From the NCBI GenBank assembly GCA_010093815.1, contig ML996573.1: a stretch of DNA of 64,000 nt; one strand, given 5' to 3'. Positions 1 to 11,674 of this stretch are shown piece after piece. The notes beneath the pieces are model-generated. The model was not told the origin of the DNA. It saw only the letters and a list, made by a program, of their open reading frames with translations, and searched no databases. The translations under genes were made by a program, and so were the position numbers. The number at the start of each line of letters is the position of its first letter. The stretch's first letter is position 1. The DNA is from Pseudovirgaria hyperparasitica. Lineage: Eukaryota.

Positions 1-627
1 ATCTGGCATATGGTGTGAACAATTATGATTGGGGCGCTTTGGGCAAAGCTCTCGTTGTGGATGTTGGGGGCAGTAAAGGCCACTTTGCGATCGCCCTTGC
101 ACGTCGTTATGAGAACCTCCGCTTCATCGTACAGGATATGGCACATATGCTCGGTGACGGCCCTGAAGAGATCTCCGCGGATAGATTGGAATTCATGGCT
201 CATAGCCTGTTCGATCCTCAAAGCGTTCAGGCAGATGTGTTCATCTTCCGCTGGGTATTTCACAACTGGTCAGATGAGTATTGCGTCCGTATATTGAAGG
301 CACAGTTACCCTCGATGAAACCAGGCGCAAGGCTTATTCTGCTGGAGGCTATACTGCCAGAGTCAGGGACTGTGGGCTATTGGAAAGAAAGCGAGTTAAG
401 GTGATTTACACAAGGCCGTGTGCTGCTCATCGAAACTAACATGCATCCACTACAGGTCGCTGGATCTGGAAATGGCATCGACATTCAATGCTAGAGAGAG
501 GACTCTTTCGGATTGGAAGGCCCTATTCGCGCTAGCAGATCCAGGCTTTGTGCTGAGGAGTGTAGTCGAGCCTGAAGGATCCGCGATGGCTGTCCTCGAA
601 TTCTTCTGGGAGAGATCATCGGCTTGA
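1..627 (+). CDS. SAM-dependent O-methyltransferase (Methyltransf_2 type), 3' part; start lies upstream of the window
   Basis: Motifs VVDVGGSKG, FIVQD, AHSLFDPQ, FRWVFHNWSD and LDLEM..FNARERT. Intron 401-455 (GTGATT..CTAAC..TACAG) joins ORF 15..404 to ORF 418..627 in frame. Confidence 0.9.
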
Positions 628-1350
628 TGCCCCGACACATGATCTGGTATCTTGCTCTAATATTGCCTCTGCAACACGTCGCAGATTCTCAAGGCAGCTG
701 TCTGCACTACGCGTGCTCTTAGTACTGTTCGTGTCCAGCATTGGAGTCACGGGAGGGGCGATGAGTGATTGCTAGACTTGATGGCGTGCAATCTATAGAC
801 CGCAGTGATGAGAAACCTAGAAGCGGGATCAGACGATGTCGGCGTAGACTTTGAAGAGAAACGAAAATCATGCATGGAGCTGAGGGAATAGTGTGTTGGC
901 AGAATAAGGTGGATAACTGGCTACAGTATATATATCACATCGGGTCTCGGGCTCGGAGATGCTTGGATCTGCGTGCTTCACAACAGTTGGGTGGCTGGAT
1001 ACTACGTTATAACATTTGTTCAAGTTGAGGTTAGAGAAAGATGCAGTGTGGCTTGTGACTTGTGGCGTGAGATCTGCGTGGCGCACCACAGCATCCACAA
1101 CAAAGGCAGCTAGGGAACTGGGCACCTCAGGCATCATCCATCCAGGGCAGCTGCCACCCACCTGGGCACCACCCTGCAGTTGCGCATTATGACGTAGCGG
1201 ACATCCAAAACAAACTCATTCAAAACAACCGGGATATTTGCAAGTCGCAATACGATATTCCAACCTCTTCATTCCCAACTGCCCCAATCTTCCCCCGTTA
1301 ACACCTTCCATCCATACAATCAACATCAACATCGTCATTGAAAGATCAAC

Positions 1351-2258
1351 ATGTCCGAGAAGGTCAAAGAAACCGCGCGCGAGGAAGTGGAGAAGCTCAG
1401 AGCACTCACTGTTGATGCCGCTCGCTCAACAGCCTATCTCTACCCACTCAAGGTAGGCAGATCGATCCTTCGTATCAAACATAACACCAACTAAGTCTCA
1501 TTCAGGGTATCGCTTATTTCTTCACCCACCGCTCATTATGGAAGCCCCTCACAGCCAAACTCGCACCCACTATGACCCTCGGCGTCGGCGTGACGACGTT
1601 CATGTTCGCCGTGACATACCTTCCTCAAGCCGCCTTTCTCGCCATATTCAACGGCCCTCTGGCTGCCCTGACAAGCATCCTCCTCGTACTTAGTGAGAGC
1701 TCGACCATATTCACTGTACTTTCTAAGAACTTCTTCATCGAAGAAGCGTTGCTAGACACATTTGACGGCACTCTTCTTACCCGTAGCCAGACAGAGCTCG
1801 TATCGCAGGGCCGCGATGTCAAGGCTGGATCTGACCCTATTGGCAAGCTCGGCAAGCTGGCCAAGAAGCCGTTTGCACGTTTTGCGCCCAAGGCCATCAT
1901 TCGGTACTTCATGTACCTGCCGCTCAACTTCATCCCTGTCATTGGCACAGCGCTATTCATCATCCTTCAGGGCCGTCGTACAGGACCGGTGGCGCACACG
2001 AGATACTTCCAGCTCAAGGGTATGAGCGCTAGCCAGAAGGATAAATATGTTGAAGATAGGAAGGCTGCATATACCAGCTTCGGTGTTGTTGCCACTCTAC
2101 TGGAGATGGTTCCATTCGCGGGGATTTTCTTCTCGTTCACGAACACTGTTGGAGCCGCGCTTTGGGCAGCTGATCTGGAACAAAGGTCGAACACTGCACC
2201 GAGTTTGAGAGCGCAAGCTGCGGCTGCTGAGGGACAAAGCACTGGTGTGCAGCGCTGA
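1351..2258 (+). CDS. Rrt8/Lds-like (EI24-domain) multi-pass membrane protein
   Basis: ATG 1351; intron 1453-1505 joins AYLYPLK|GIAYF. Family-like motifs LPLNFIPVIG, HTRYFQLKG, YTSFG..ATLLE.VP and FTNTVGAALWAADLE. Confidence 0.75.
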
Positions 2259-2986
2259 GCCTGGGATTATGACACGCGTACTTTCAGGGTTTCACCTTAG
2301 GTGCAGCATCAAGAGTAGTATTGATCCGGCAGGATGATAAGGAGCATTTGCGCGTGAGACAAGGTTCGTGATTCTGGGCAAGCATGGATTGTAAGCATGC
2401 GTGCAGACTGGGTTACTATTAACGGTAAAGACATTTAAAGAGTGCGGAACTGTCAGACTTCGAGCAGAGGGGCGGAAGAAGCATGTAGATTGGTTACTGC
2501 TAAGAGCAGACTACATACACACGTCGCAACAATACTACTCATTGCACGGACAAGTCACGAGGTCTACCTTTGTCGTCGGATTGACAGGGAGCACAAGTAA
2601 TTAGGATTCATTAGTGAAGTTGAAAAAGTGACGAGCATGTCACTATGGATCCATCCGTCGATTAGCCAATGGATATTTGACAGGGAGTGCACCATCTTTA
2701 GGCCAAGTGGGTCAATACACTATAGGAGACACCTCCTTTGGAAATACCGGCTGTTGAGTGTGTATTCGACTGAAAACAGGATGCATTGGTGACTTCGTTC
2801 ATTCCTCATAGTTGAGGTGAACTAAGCTCTTGTAGGTTTAGCGAACTGTATGGATAGGCTTACCAGGTAGATCTGTGAGACAACCTAGTGTTCATATAAT
2901 GATTCTACAGCTAACCCATACTGGTCGCCAGCAGTATCATCACCTTTAGTATTTGTATTCGTATTATATGAGTACTAGTGCTGACA

Positions 2987-3910
2987 ATGAAGTCAGTCTT
3001 GGTATCTTCGTTCGACGAACCTCCCAGGATTGCCAATGTCGTCGAACCTGGCCAGCCCCACGATGCCTCAACGACACAAGTCCATGTTCTCGCAAGCGGC
3101 GTTCACAACGTCGTCCGGTCTCGCGCGGCTGGCAGACACTATAGCGCCACTGCTGCTCATCTTCCTCTGAATCCTGGCGTAGACGGCGTTGGACGAACCT
3201 CTGCCGGCAAGGTTGTGTACTTCTCGACCATGCCCAACGGTTCGTTCTCAGAGATTATAAATCTACCAACTCATTCTCTGGTCGAGCTGAACCCATCCGC
3301 TGATCCGGTTCATGTCGCTGCATATGTCAACCCTACCATGAGCAGCTGGATGGCCCTTCAGAGACGAACAGTCAATCTTCCGGAGAAATTTAAAGTGCTC
3401 ATCATGGGCGTGACCAGTGCGAGTGGCCGGATCGCCGTAGATGTTTCTCGAAGGCTTGGTGCAGGCAATGTCATAGGAGTTGCACGTAATGCAAGTGCAA
3501 TGCAAGGACTCGGCCTCGACGATACGATCGTGTTGAAGGAAAACATTGACGAGATCGATTTCTCCCCTGCTAATGGAGCAGATGTAGTGCTCGACTACCT
3601 CTACGGCAAGCCGACTCAGCATTTGTTTAGGACCTTGCAATCAGACAAGGAGATACAGTGGGTGCATATTGGCTCTTTGGCCGGAAAGGCACTGGAGGTG
3701 CCGGCGTCCGAGTTGCGATCTAAGAATCTGACACTGAGAGGCGCCGGGCGTGGGTCGTGGTCGATAGCGGAAATGAAAAAGGAGCTGCCCGATATCGTGA
3801 AGTTTGTGGCGGAGGATCTTGGGAAGCGGGATATCAGGGTTGAGAAATTTGATGATGTTTCTGTCATTTGGAACCAGGCTGTGACAGAGCGCTTGGTTCT
3901 AGTACCATGA
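2987..3910 (+). CDS. Medium-chain dehydrogenase/reductase (quinone oxidoreductase-like, GroES + Rossmann folds)
   Basis: Intronless ORF with RSRAAGRHYS, PGVDGVG, VLIMGVTSASGRIA and DVVLDYLYG. Confidence 0.85.
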   Translation: MKSVLVSSFDEPPRIANVVEPGQPHDASTTQVHVLASGVHNVVRSRAAGRHYSATAAHLPLNPGVDGVGRTSAGKVVYFSTMPNGSFSEIINLPTHSLVELNPSADPVHVAAYVNPTMSSWMALQRRTVNLPEKFKVLIMGVTSASGRIAVDVSRRLGAGNVIGVARNASAMQGLGLDDTIVLKENIDEIDFSPANGADVVLDYLYGKPTQHLFRTLQSDKEIQWVHIGSLAGKALEVPASELRSKNLTLRGAGRGSWSIAEMKKELPDIVKFVAEDLGKRDIRVEKFDDVSVIWNQAVTERLVLVP

Positions 3911-4236
3911 ATCATTGTAGATAGTGCGTTTACATGGAATTCCATAAACGTTGGAACGCCATATGCTTGAGCAACAGTTACAAGAGAATGTTTCATATAA
4001 TAGTGTGCCGTATATCGTGTGTGAGTCAATCGATAATCATTCGAAGCTGTCGCGCGGCATTATCTATGATAGACATGATTTCCATTGAGTAAACAGTCTA
4101 ATAGGGACTAGGGTGAGTGAAAAATATGCTAACCCATTATACACTAGCGCCTCGCCATAGCTGTTCAAGATCTCGAAACCTATCTCGCGACCAGCAACTC
4201 TTGCGACATCATCAATATTCGCGTTCGTCGCCCAGA

Positions 4237-5898
4237 ATGGCGCCTCCAACTATGACATCTCTGGATGACGTGAGCAAGCCTCCACCTGGTGTTGTACAGC
4301 CGCCAAAGGAGATTCGAAGCATTATCGAGCGGACGGCGGGATACACTGCGCGCAACGGAGCGGCATTCGAAGAAAGGATACGCGCGAAGGAATCTGCCAA
4401 CGCCAAGTTTTCGTTCCTCAACGAGGTCGACGAATACCACTCATACTACCAATGGCGATTGTCTGAGATCAAGCAAGGGCGCGGAACAGACGTAGCTGCT
4501 GGACGAGTTGGTGAAAATGGTACAGGTCCCAAGGGCCCGGAGAAGCCAAAAGGCCCTCCAGAGCCACCCGAGTTTCAATTCTCGGCACGTATGCCAACGA
4601 TAAGCGCACAGGATCTCGAAGTACTGCGGCTGACTGCTTTGTTCGTCGCGAAGAACGGCAGGTCATGGATGACTGCGCTCTCTCAGCGCGAGTCTGGCAA
4701 CTACCAGTTCGACTTCTTACGACCGAACCACAGTTTCTACCAATACTTTAGTCGTTTAGTTGATCAGTATAGCGACCTCATATACCAGAGCTCAGCAGAT
4801 GGTGGAAGGAAGGAGAAAGCACGAATACAGCAGCTCAAACTTAACCAGACCGACCGACATCAGATTCTTGACCGAGCGAAGAACCGCGCCGCGTACCAGA
4901 AATACGTAGAGACACAGAAGGCCAAGAAAGAGGAGGAGGAAGAGAAAGAGAAAGTTGCATATGCACAGATTGACTGGCATGACTTTGCAGTTGTGGAAGA
5001 GGTGCTCTTTACCGATGCAGATGAAAGTGCCGAGTTACCCCCACCGACCTCCATGAATGATTTGCAATCAGCTTCATTGGAACAGAAAGCGTCGATGACA
5101 TTGCAGCCTGCAAACATGCGTATCGAGGAAGCTATGCCCACCGACGACATGTTCCAATACCCGGCACCTCCAGTTCAGGCACCTATGCAGCCACCAGCAC
5201 CATATGGCATACCTGGTATGCAACCGACACCTATGACTGGCATACAGCCATCACCCATGCCTATGCATGCGCCTCAGATTCCCGTGGGCTACAACAGCAT
5301 TCAACAACCACCCGAAGAAGATGAGGAGGAGCGCCGCATTCGTGAGCGAGTAGAGAATCGGGAGCGTGCCCAGCAAGCACAAGCCTCCGCAAGGGGTCAA
5401 GGACAAGGACAGATCAAGGTCCGAACAGACTACGTCCCAGCATTCCAACAGAAGAAGGAACAAACTGCCAAGTCGATGTGCCCGGTCTGCAAACAACTCG
5501 TTGCGAACAATGAGTTCGATGAACACGTGCGAAGTAAGATCATCATCCCACCATTTGTTGTATACACACTAACAGTTTCACTAGTTGAAATGCTTGATCC
5601 ATACTGGCGCGAACAGAAAGCCAAAGCCGAATCACGCTACTCCACCACCAATCTCAATACCTCTGACGTCGCCAACAACCTCAAGCGGCTTGCCAGCCAA
5701 CGTAGTGATCTCTTTGATCCTGTCACCGGGCAGCAATACTCAGAAGAAGAGCAGGCGAAGCGAAGGAAGCAAGCGACATTCCAATATGACGGTACTCCCG
5801 AGACCAGAGACGCAATGCGAAATCAGAGCGTTACTCAGAGCATGAAGGTGGAGGAGCAGCTGAAGCAGTTGAATGCAAAATATAAGCAATCAGGATGA
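4237..5898 (+). CDS. PRP21: Splicing factor 3A subunit 1 (Prp21/Sap114)
   Basis: Two SURP domains (IIERTAGYTARNG..FSFL; LTALFVAKNG..FDFLRP), YAQIDWHDF and NLKRLASQRSD. Intron 5534-5584 restores HVR|IEMLDPYW. Confidence 0.95.
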   Translation: MAPPTMTSLDDVSKPPPGVVQPPKEIRSIIERTAGYTARNGAAFEERIRAKESANAKFSFLNEVDEYHSYYQWRLSEIKQGRGTDVAAGRVGENGTGPKGPEKPKGPPEPPEFQFSARMPTISAQDLEVLRLTALFVAKNGRSWMTALSQRESGNYQFDFLRPNHSFYQYFSRLVDQYSDLIYQSSADGGRKEKARIQQLKLNQTDRHQILDRAKNRAAYQKYVETQKAKKEEEEEKEKVAYAQIDWHDFAVVEEVLFTDADESAELPPPTSMNDLQSASLEQKASMTLQPANMRIEEAMPTDDMFQYPAPPVQAPMQPPAPYGIPGMQPTPMTGIQPSPMPMHAPQIPVGYNSIQQPPEEDEEERRIRERVENRERAQQAQASARGQGQGQIKVRTDYVPAFQQKKEQTAKSMCPVCKQLVANNEFDEHVRSKIIIPPFVVYTLTVSLVEMLDPYWREQKAKAESRYSTTNLNTSDVANNLKRLASQRSDLFDPVTGQQYSEEEQAKRRKQATFQYDGTPETRDAMRNQSVTQSMKVEEQLKQLNAKYKQSG

Positions 5899-6513
5899 GG
5901 TGTGTCGCAGCGAATTACGTGCATTGGGCGGCGTTTGAGGGAGCTATGATTTGAAGAAGACTCGTATCTACCTGAGTGTAAATTTATTTGGCATCTACTG
6001 ACACATACAAACCTTTAGGCACTCGCGTCTTGTCTCAGGCAGGAAAGGGTGGAATAGGATAGGTCTAGGCTGATTATTGCCTGGATGGAAGTGACTGCGA
6101 CGGATGAGCCGGTCTTGTGAAGGGGAATGTACTACTATCATGGCAATCAATATTGAGCTTGCCTACGCAAAGTGTGTAGTAGTAATATCTTATCGTGGCT
6201 AAAAGACTGAGGTCGTCACCTGTTGACATAGCCGTCACGCTAAGAATACGTAAATCAAGCACAAAAGGATCACAAACCAGCATATAAATCACTCTCAGAA
6301 ATCTTCGTGATTGCAAAACATATTGTTGGAAGAAACATTGGATCGTGATGAGTTTTCCGCATCTCAACGTCATCCCGCTCGCATCCCGGAAGGTGTAGTG
6401 CCCCGGAGCGAACGCCATCTCCGCCGGCCGAAACATTTCAAACTTTCGTCTCCAGTTAGCTCTCTCACCTGCCCAACGCCACGCCACCCCATGCACGACA
6501 CATCGATTCCGCA

Positions 6514-7277
6514 ATGTCAATAACAGCAGCAGCTGCGAAAGGCGATACGGGGTTCCAGGTTCGATCGCTGGTAAGTACATCCCATCTACGTGGTCCCCTA
6601 GTCTACCACGTTCGGTTTCCGCATGCCTCTGCCTGTAGCAGGAGCGCAACGAACCCTTCGGTGCAGGAACCAGACTTGTCACGGCAGGACATTGAAGAGA
6701 GGGAGAGAGAGAGAGAGAGAGGAGATGACGTTGGGAAAGTGGATAGAGAGAAATGCTAAAATGGAGTGACGCAGTACCGTAGCCTCCTCCGACAATCGCG
6801 CGAATTCGCGCTGTACAACTACCGCGAATACGCACACCGACGGACGAGAGATGCGTTCCGGGAGCATCAGGGCGAGACGGAGGAGAGGGCTGTGCAAGAG
6901 CTTGTGCAGAAGGGCTTGAAAGAGTTGCAGATGATGAAGGTATGTGGCTTCTCTGGAACAGCAGTTGGGTTTTTGCGATGCGGCTGCAATGAGGGATTAA
7001 CCGACACTGTGGCAAAGAGGTGGGACGTGAGGAGCGGCTAAGAAGATAGCACGATTGAGGAATATGAAAAGGGAATACCTGCTGATTCCGGGAACAGAGA
7101 CAAACAGTCGTCAGCCAGTTCTATCAACTCGACAAACTAGTCGTTGAAGGCGGGAAGACGGGGAAGCAGACTGGGAAGAGCGGAGGCATAGTGCGACAAA
7201 AGGACCAAGGGTGAGTGATCATTGCACTCCTATGGCGGATTGAGTTTCTGAGCTGATGGCATTACAGATGGGATTAG
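6514..7277 (+). CDS. ISD11: LYR-motif protein Isd11/LYRM4 (Fe-S cluster biogenesis, Nfs1 partner)
   Basis: Exons 6514-6570, 6775-6939, 7098-7210 and 7268-7277 give [51 protein letters not shown]. Confidence 0.92.
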
Positions 7278-8493
7278 ATTGAATGTCCAGGGCAGTCGCG
7301 ATCTTGTATAAAATATCATCATCTCCCACCCAACGTGCAAAACACAGTACCTGTACCATTAAAAAGACAGACGGACAGCGTCATGAAAAATGTTTCTTGC
7401 CTATCGTGTCCATTTGGGCTTCAAGGCTGCATTACTCACGATCCATAAAGAGCATATTTTACATCTGCTCGAAATCTCTTGTCCTCTCCATCATCCAAAC
7501 GCTTCTCACTTCACCGCCAACACCACTGAATGCTGATATCAGCTAGACTCACGCCTCTCCCATGCTTCTGACAAACCCTCACAGTTCAGCTGCATGCACT
7601 AACTACACCACTTCCTCAAACCAAGCCACCACCGCAACAACATTCCCATCCGCCACCACTATCAACATCAGCTGCACCACCAGAATCAAGAACGAACTAT
7701 GACTAACCGGTATCTCATCCAACATCCACCCATGCACCTTCACTCTATCCTAAACCTCGTGATTCCCCCTAATGAGTAAAGAAAACCAACTCAGCATTCC
7801 CACTGCCGTAATAAAAAAATGCCAAAGCTCTCACTTGCTCCCCCCAGTCGAGCCGCATCTTCATCGTAGCCAGCGATTCCCCTGCTAGAGAGAGAAATGA
7901 TCACCAAACGCGACTTCTCCATCTATTCCGTGAATTTATAGCATTGTCATCTATCGTCAAGGGGATATGTCGCGATATCGCCAGACTCTGAGGCACGAAG
8001 GAAACAGTTTCACGCAGCTAGCGGGTTTATCAGTTTTGAATAATTGATCATTCTCACGAGGGTTGGGATTCGCTGATATTTATGGCTTCATCGGACAGTT
8101 GCGAGCCACAGGATGCTTCAGTGTTGAAAGAAAGGCACAACCTGCCCAGGTGATGAGGCTAGAAGTGCGGGTCCTTGTAAACGGTCGTTGATTCCTCTCG
8201 TAGCTAAGCCATCATGCACAGATTACATCGACTCGGAGAAACAACGATAGTATTAGTACTGCAAACAATGTACACATCTATAGACGTCGGTCTGAACGAC
8301 ACTCCCGCATGAGGGAACTTCCATACATGTTCAAAGCGTCAGAGCAATCGGGAAGACAGTTACCACAGTACAAGATCTAATTAAGCAGTGTGTCCTCCAA
8401 AAGTATGAACCATCAATGAGTGTTTTCCAAATCTGAATGCACTACCAACAAACGTCTGAGCGTTCGTCCTGATGACCAGAGACTTCGACAAAG

Positions 8494-9401
8494 TCACTCC
8501 GGTGATTGAGTACGTGGTACAAAAGTGGACTTTCCCACCGGTTTTACCGGCTTAGACTCAGGCTCATCGAAAAAGTCCTGACTGGGGCGTGGTAGCTCAT
8601 CACTGTGTCGGCGAGGTGGCCGTGACGCGTTGGAAGTCGAAGGAGTCACAGGATCCATTGGGGAAACCGGGGAACCAGAATTGGTGTTTGTCGTATCAGT
8701 GTGGGTCCACTGGTCATCATTTGAACTCGAGCCGACATCTGGAGATGGAAAGCTGCCCGGCGAGGTAGCTAGTGATTCCCTCCTCGAATTTGGATTACTG
8801 ATGCTAAGGTGTGACGAGTGCCTCCGATACTCTTGACTGACTGACCCTAAAATCAACTGTGAGCATGGACCCAACTTACTGTAGAAGCTAAGAGGATATG
8901 GCAAGGTGCTAACGCTCATGGGAGTGACATACGCAATAGATCTTCTCCTGACATTGGAGTCTCACTGGGGCCAGCTTCTGTGGTGTCTGTGGTGGAACGC
9001 TGCACGTCAGGTTCCTGCAGGTCTCCCTCTTCTTGAGACTGGGTGGTATTTTGGCCCGCGGTATCAGCTGAATCCTCGTGCGTTTGACTCAGATGTTCTT
9101 CCTCGGCCACTTCTGGACTGGGAGGAGTCACCGGAGGAATTGCAGTGTTAGCGGCAGTATTGCGAGCTGTTTCCCGGTCTAAGGCCGTGTTGAGGTCAGG
9201 AGTACTCGGCTCCATTTCAAATCTGATAGGTGGATTGATTTTTTTCTTGATCCCGTTGACAGATATTGACCACCACTTGCGTATTCCTTTTGGGATCAAT
9301 TTCTTGAAGGGAAATCGCCTCTTTATCGGAGGAACATCCTCTCTCTGAAGAGGGACCATGTCATCCAGCTCTTCGGTATGAACGGTGCCGTTGGTAGTCA
9401 T
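8494..9401 (-). CDS. Hypothetical low-complexity (S/T/P/E-rich) protein
   Basis: ATG 9401 (MTTNGTVHTEEL). A probable GTATGT..CTACAG intron at ~8880-8933 links ORFs 8916..9548 and 8494..8919. No recognisable domain. Confidence 0.5.
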
Positions 9402-10742
9402 CTTGAAGAATGAGTGGAAAGAGTTAAGATATACTCTGGTAAACGATAAGTGTGGTGTGTTGGTAGTGTAGTGTGCCTTGTAAAGGTTATGCTGGGTAAG
9501 TGATAGTAAGAAGAGATGATTGTAGCGAGCTTGAAGAAGGCCTGGCACCTTTGAAGGACCGGCGTGTTTACCATGAATATAAGAAGGATTGATGATCTTC
9601 CGTGGAAGTCACGTCCACAACCCAAGAACACGCTCCTGCCCTCATGAGACCATCGCTGACGAAGTAGTTGAGGAACCTACCTCAGCTAGTCAATCGATCT
9701 CTATCTATGAGTGGCAGACCTATCATCGATATGCGAGGGCATCTGCATAGGATGTCATTCTACGGCATCAGCATCGACTGCTTTCAATGACCTCTTGTTT
9801 CGATTTCGACCCGAGTCACAACTCCGTTGGCTTATAGCTCATACTAGGCCTGAAACCGACCGCTGCCATTTTCAAAGGGGTAGAATCCACATACTGCCGC
9901 CCATAGTACCAGCCACAGAGTACAAAACACCGAAGCTGGGAGTATCTTGATTGAGGTAGCGGGAACGTATCTACCGGTGTCTATGAATTTAATACAATAG
10001 GCGTAATATGTGGTACATGTCTGGCATTGAAATCCATGAAGGCCAATATGTCGTCGGCTCGCAATCAGAGCCTTTATTTCATGTCCACTTTGGCAGTTGC
10101 GTCTCAAGATCTCGGCGAATTCAACGGACAGGAGAGACACGGACGAAAAATGTTGACTAGACGAGCAAGAAGAGACCACAAGGGTCAAGGCAAATTAACA
10201 GAATTAGTACATGTGACTTTGATCGATTGGCGCAAATACTGGCCTTGTGAGATACCGGGCGTGACAAGCAAGGAACGGTTTCATGGTTATGGTTTATCAA
10301 GAAGTCTATACTCAATTGCTTAAACGCGGCGGAGGAGAAGAAGCCAAGGATACGCGGGTTTTGCGGGTGTGAAGGACTGGCTGAGGCTGATGCACAAGAA
10401 ACCGGGGTTCGTCGATCCGGATCCTCCTAGCCTTGTTTGGTATCAAAATTGGGGTTGGCGTTAGGGGTTTGATGCGGAGGACGAAGTAATGGTGCGCCAC
10501 AAATTCCTTCGGTCTTTGGACTCCAGATGGATAAGGGAGTCTTGATGTTGGTGAGTCAATTCTGTAGTCAGAGCTTGGTCTCTTATAGGATGTATAAATA
10601 TCAATGGCGCTGCGAGAGGTGCATCAGTCTTGATTCCCTTCACAGCTTCAAACCTCCTGACCACACTATAACGAATTTCAAATACTTCCGAGCATCCAAT
10701 CAAACTCGCTTTAAATCTTCCTCCACACAACAGCCAACAGAC

Positions 10743-11129
10743 ATGTCGTCCTCGGCTTTCTCGTATGCGACCATCGCCGCCAGTCTCTCTGGAGCAATCA
10801 CGGTAGCCTTCGGCATCAATGCTATCCTCCGTCCTGAGAGCGGCCTGCAACCCTTCGAATTGGCCTATCCAGCTCTGCCTGCTGATCGGAAAGTCGTTGA
10901 CGCTTTGATGGTCATCTATGGAGTAAGAGATGTTCTCTTAGGTGCCGGCGTCTGGGTCGCCGCAGCATTCGCTAACCGAAAGACTGTGGGCTGGTATACA
11001 CTCCTTATCGGAATCATGGCCTTCACCGATGGACTCGTCTGCAAATATATGGTTGGGCAAGGGGAATGGAACCATTGGGGCTATACGCCGATGGTACTCG
11101 GTCTTGGGATCTATATGTCATTCTTCTAG
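10743..11129 (+). CDS. DUF4267-like small integral membrane protein
   Basis: Hydrophobic 128 aa with FGINAILRP, IYGVRDV.LG, DGLVC and EWNHWGY. TATAAATA at ~10594 upstream. Confidence 0.8.
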   Translation: MSSSAFSYATIAASLSGAITVAFGINAILRPESGLQPFELAYPALPADRKVVDALMVIYGVRDVLLGAGVWVAAAFANRKTVGWYTLLIGIMAFTDGLVCKYMVGQGEWNHWGYTPMVLGLGIYMSFF

Positions 11130-11674
11130 GTGGAGAGAGCAACTTAAAATGTGCGACAGGGCCGGAGCGTTTGGGATACCCTATTTTCTATGGAGTTTAC
11201 GTACTGTGTGAGGCGTAATGGTTTGGGCTGCGTGTTTCGGTCCAATGTTGACAGCACACGAACCCATGATTCATAGTTTACGTGGTGTGAAAGAAAAAGA
11301 AACTATACAAGCGTCCGAGCCGACATCTTCCCGATCCTGTGAAGCTGCAGCACGAAACAGTACATGTTGACATACAAGAGCAGGTAGATGAATGAGTCGT
11401 GGCTGATGCATCTATTCGTTTGATATTGAGGCGCAAGCTCCTCGTAAACACGCGGCCTTGCCCCCAGTGACGTGACACTCTGTCCCTGGTTTGGGCCCGT
11501 GCGTGCAACGTCCACTACCATGGCCATACCATTGAAGCGTTGATGCCAGATTGTGTCGTTGAAATGCGACCAACGTCTTGAAACTCGACGAAATTCTACC
11601 AGTTCCTTGGTGTTACGTTCACAGCTACTGCCTTTATCAGCCCGAGTTTCCCACATCAATAGACACAGGCAGCG

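Noticed and set aside
1..3910. Secondary-metabolite cluster (O-methyltransferase plus oxidoreductase)
   Set aside because: No backbone synthase in the window; upstream sequence is needed to judge.
6074..7015. 313-aa minus-strand ORF
   Set aside because: Antisense to the well-supported spliced ISD11, crosses a GA microsatellite and has no domain.
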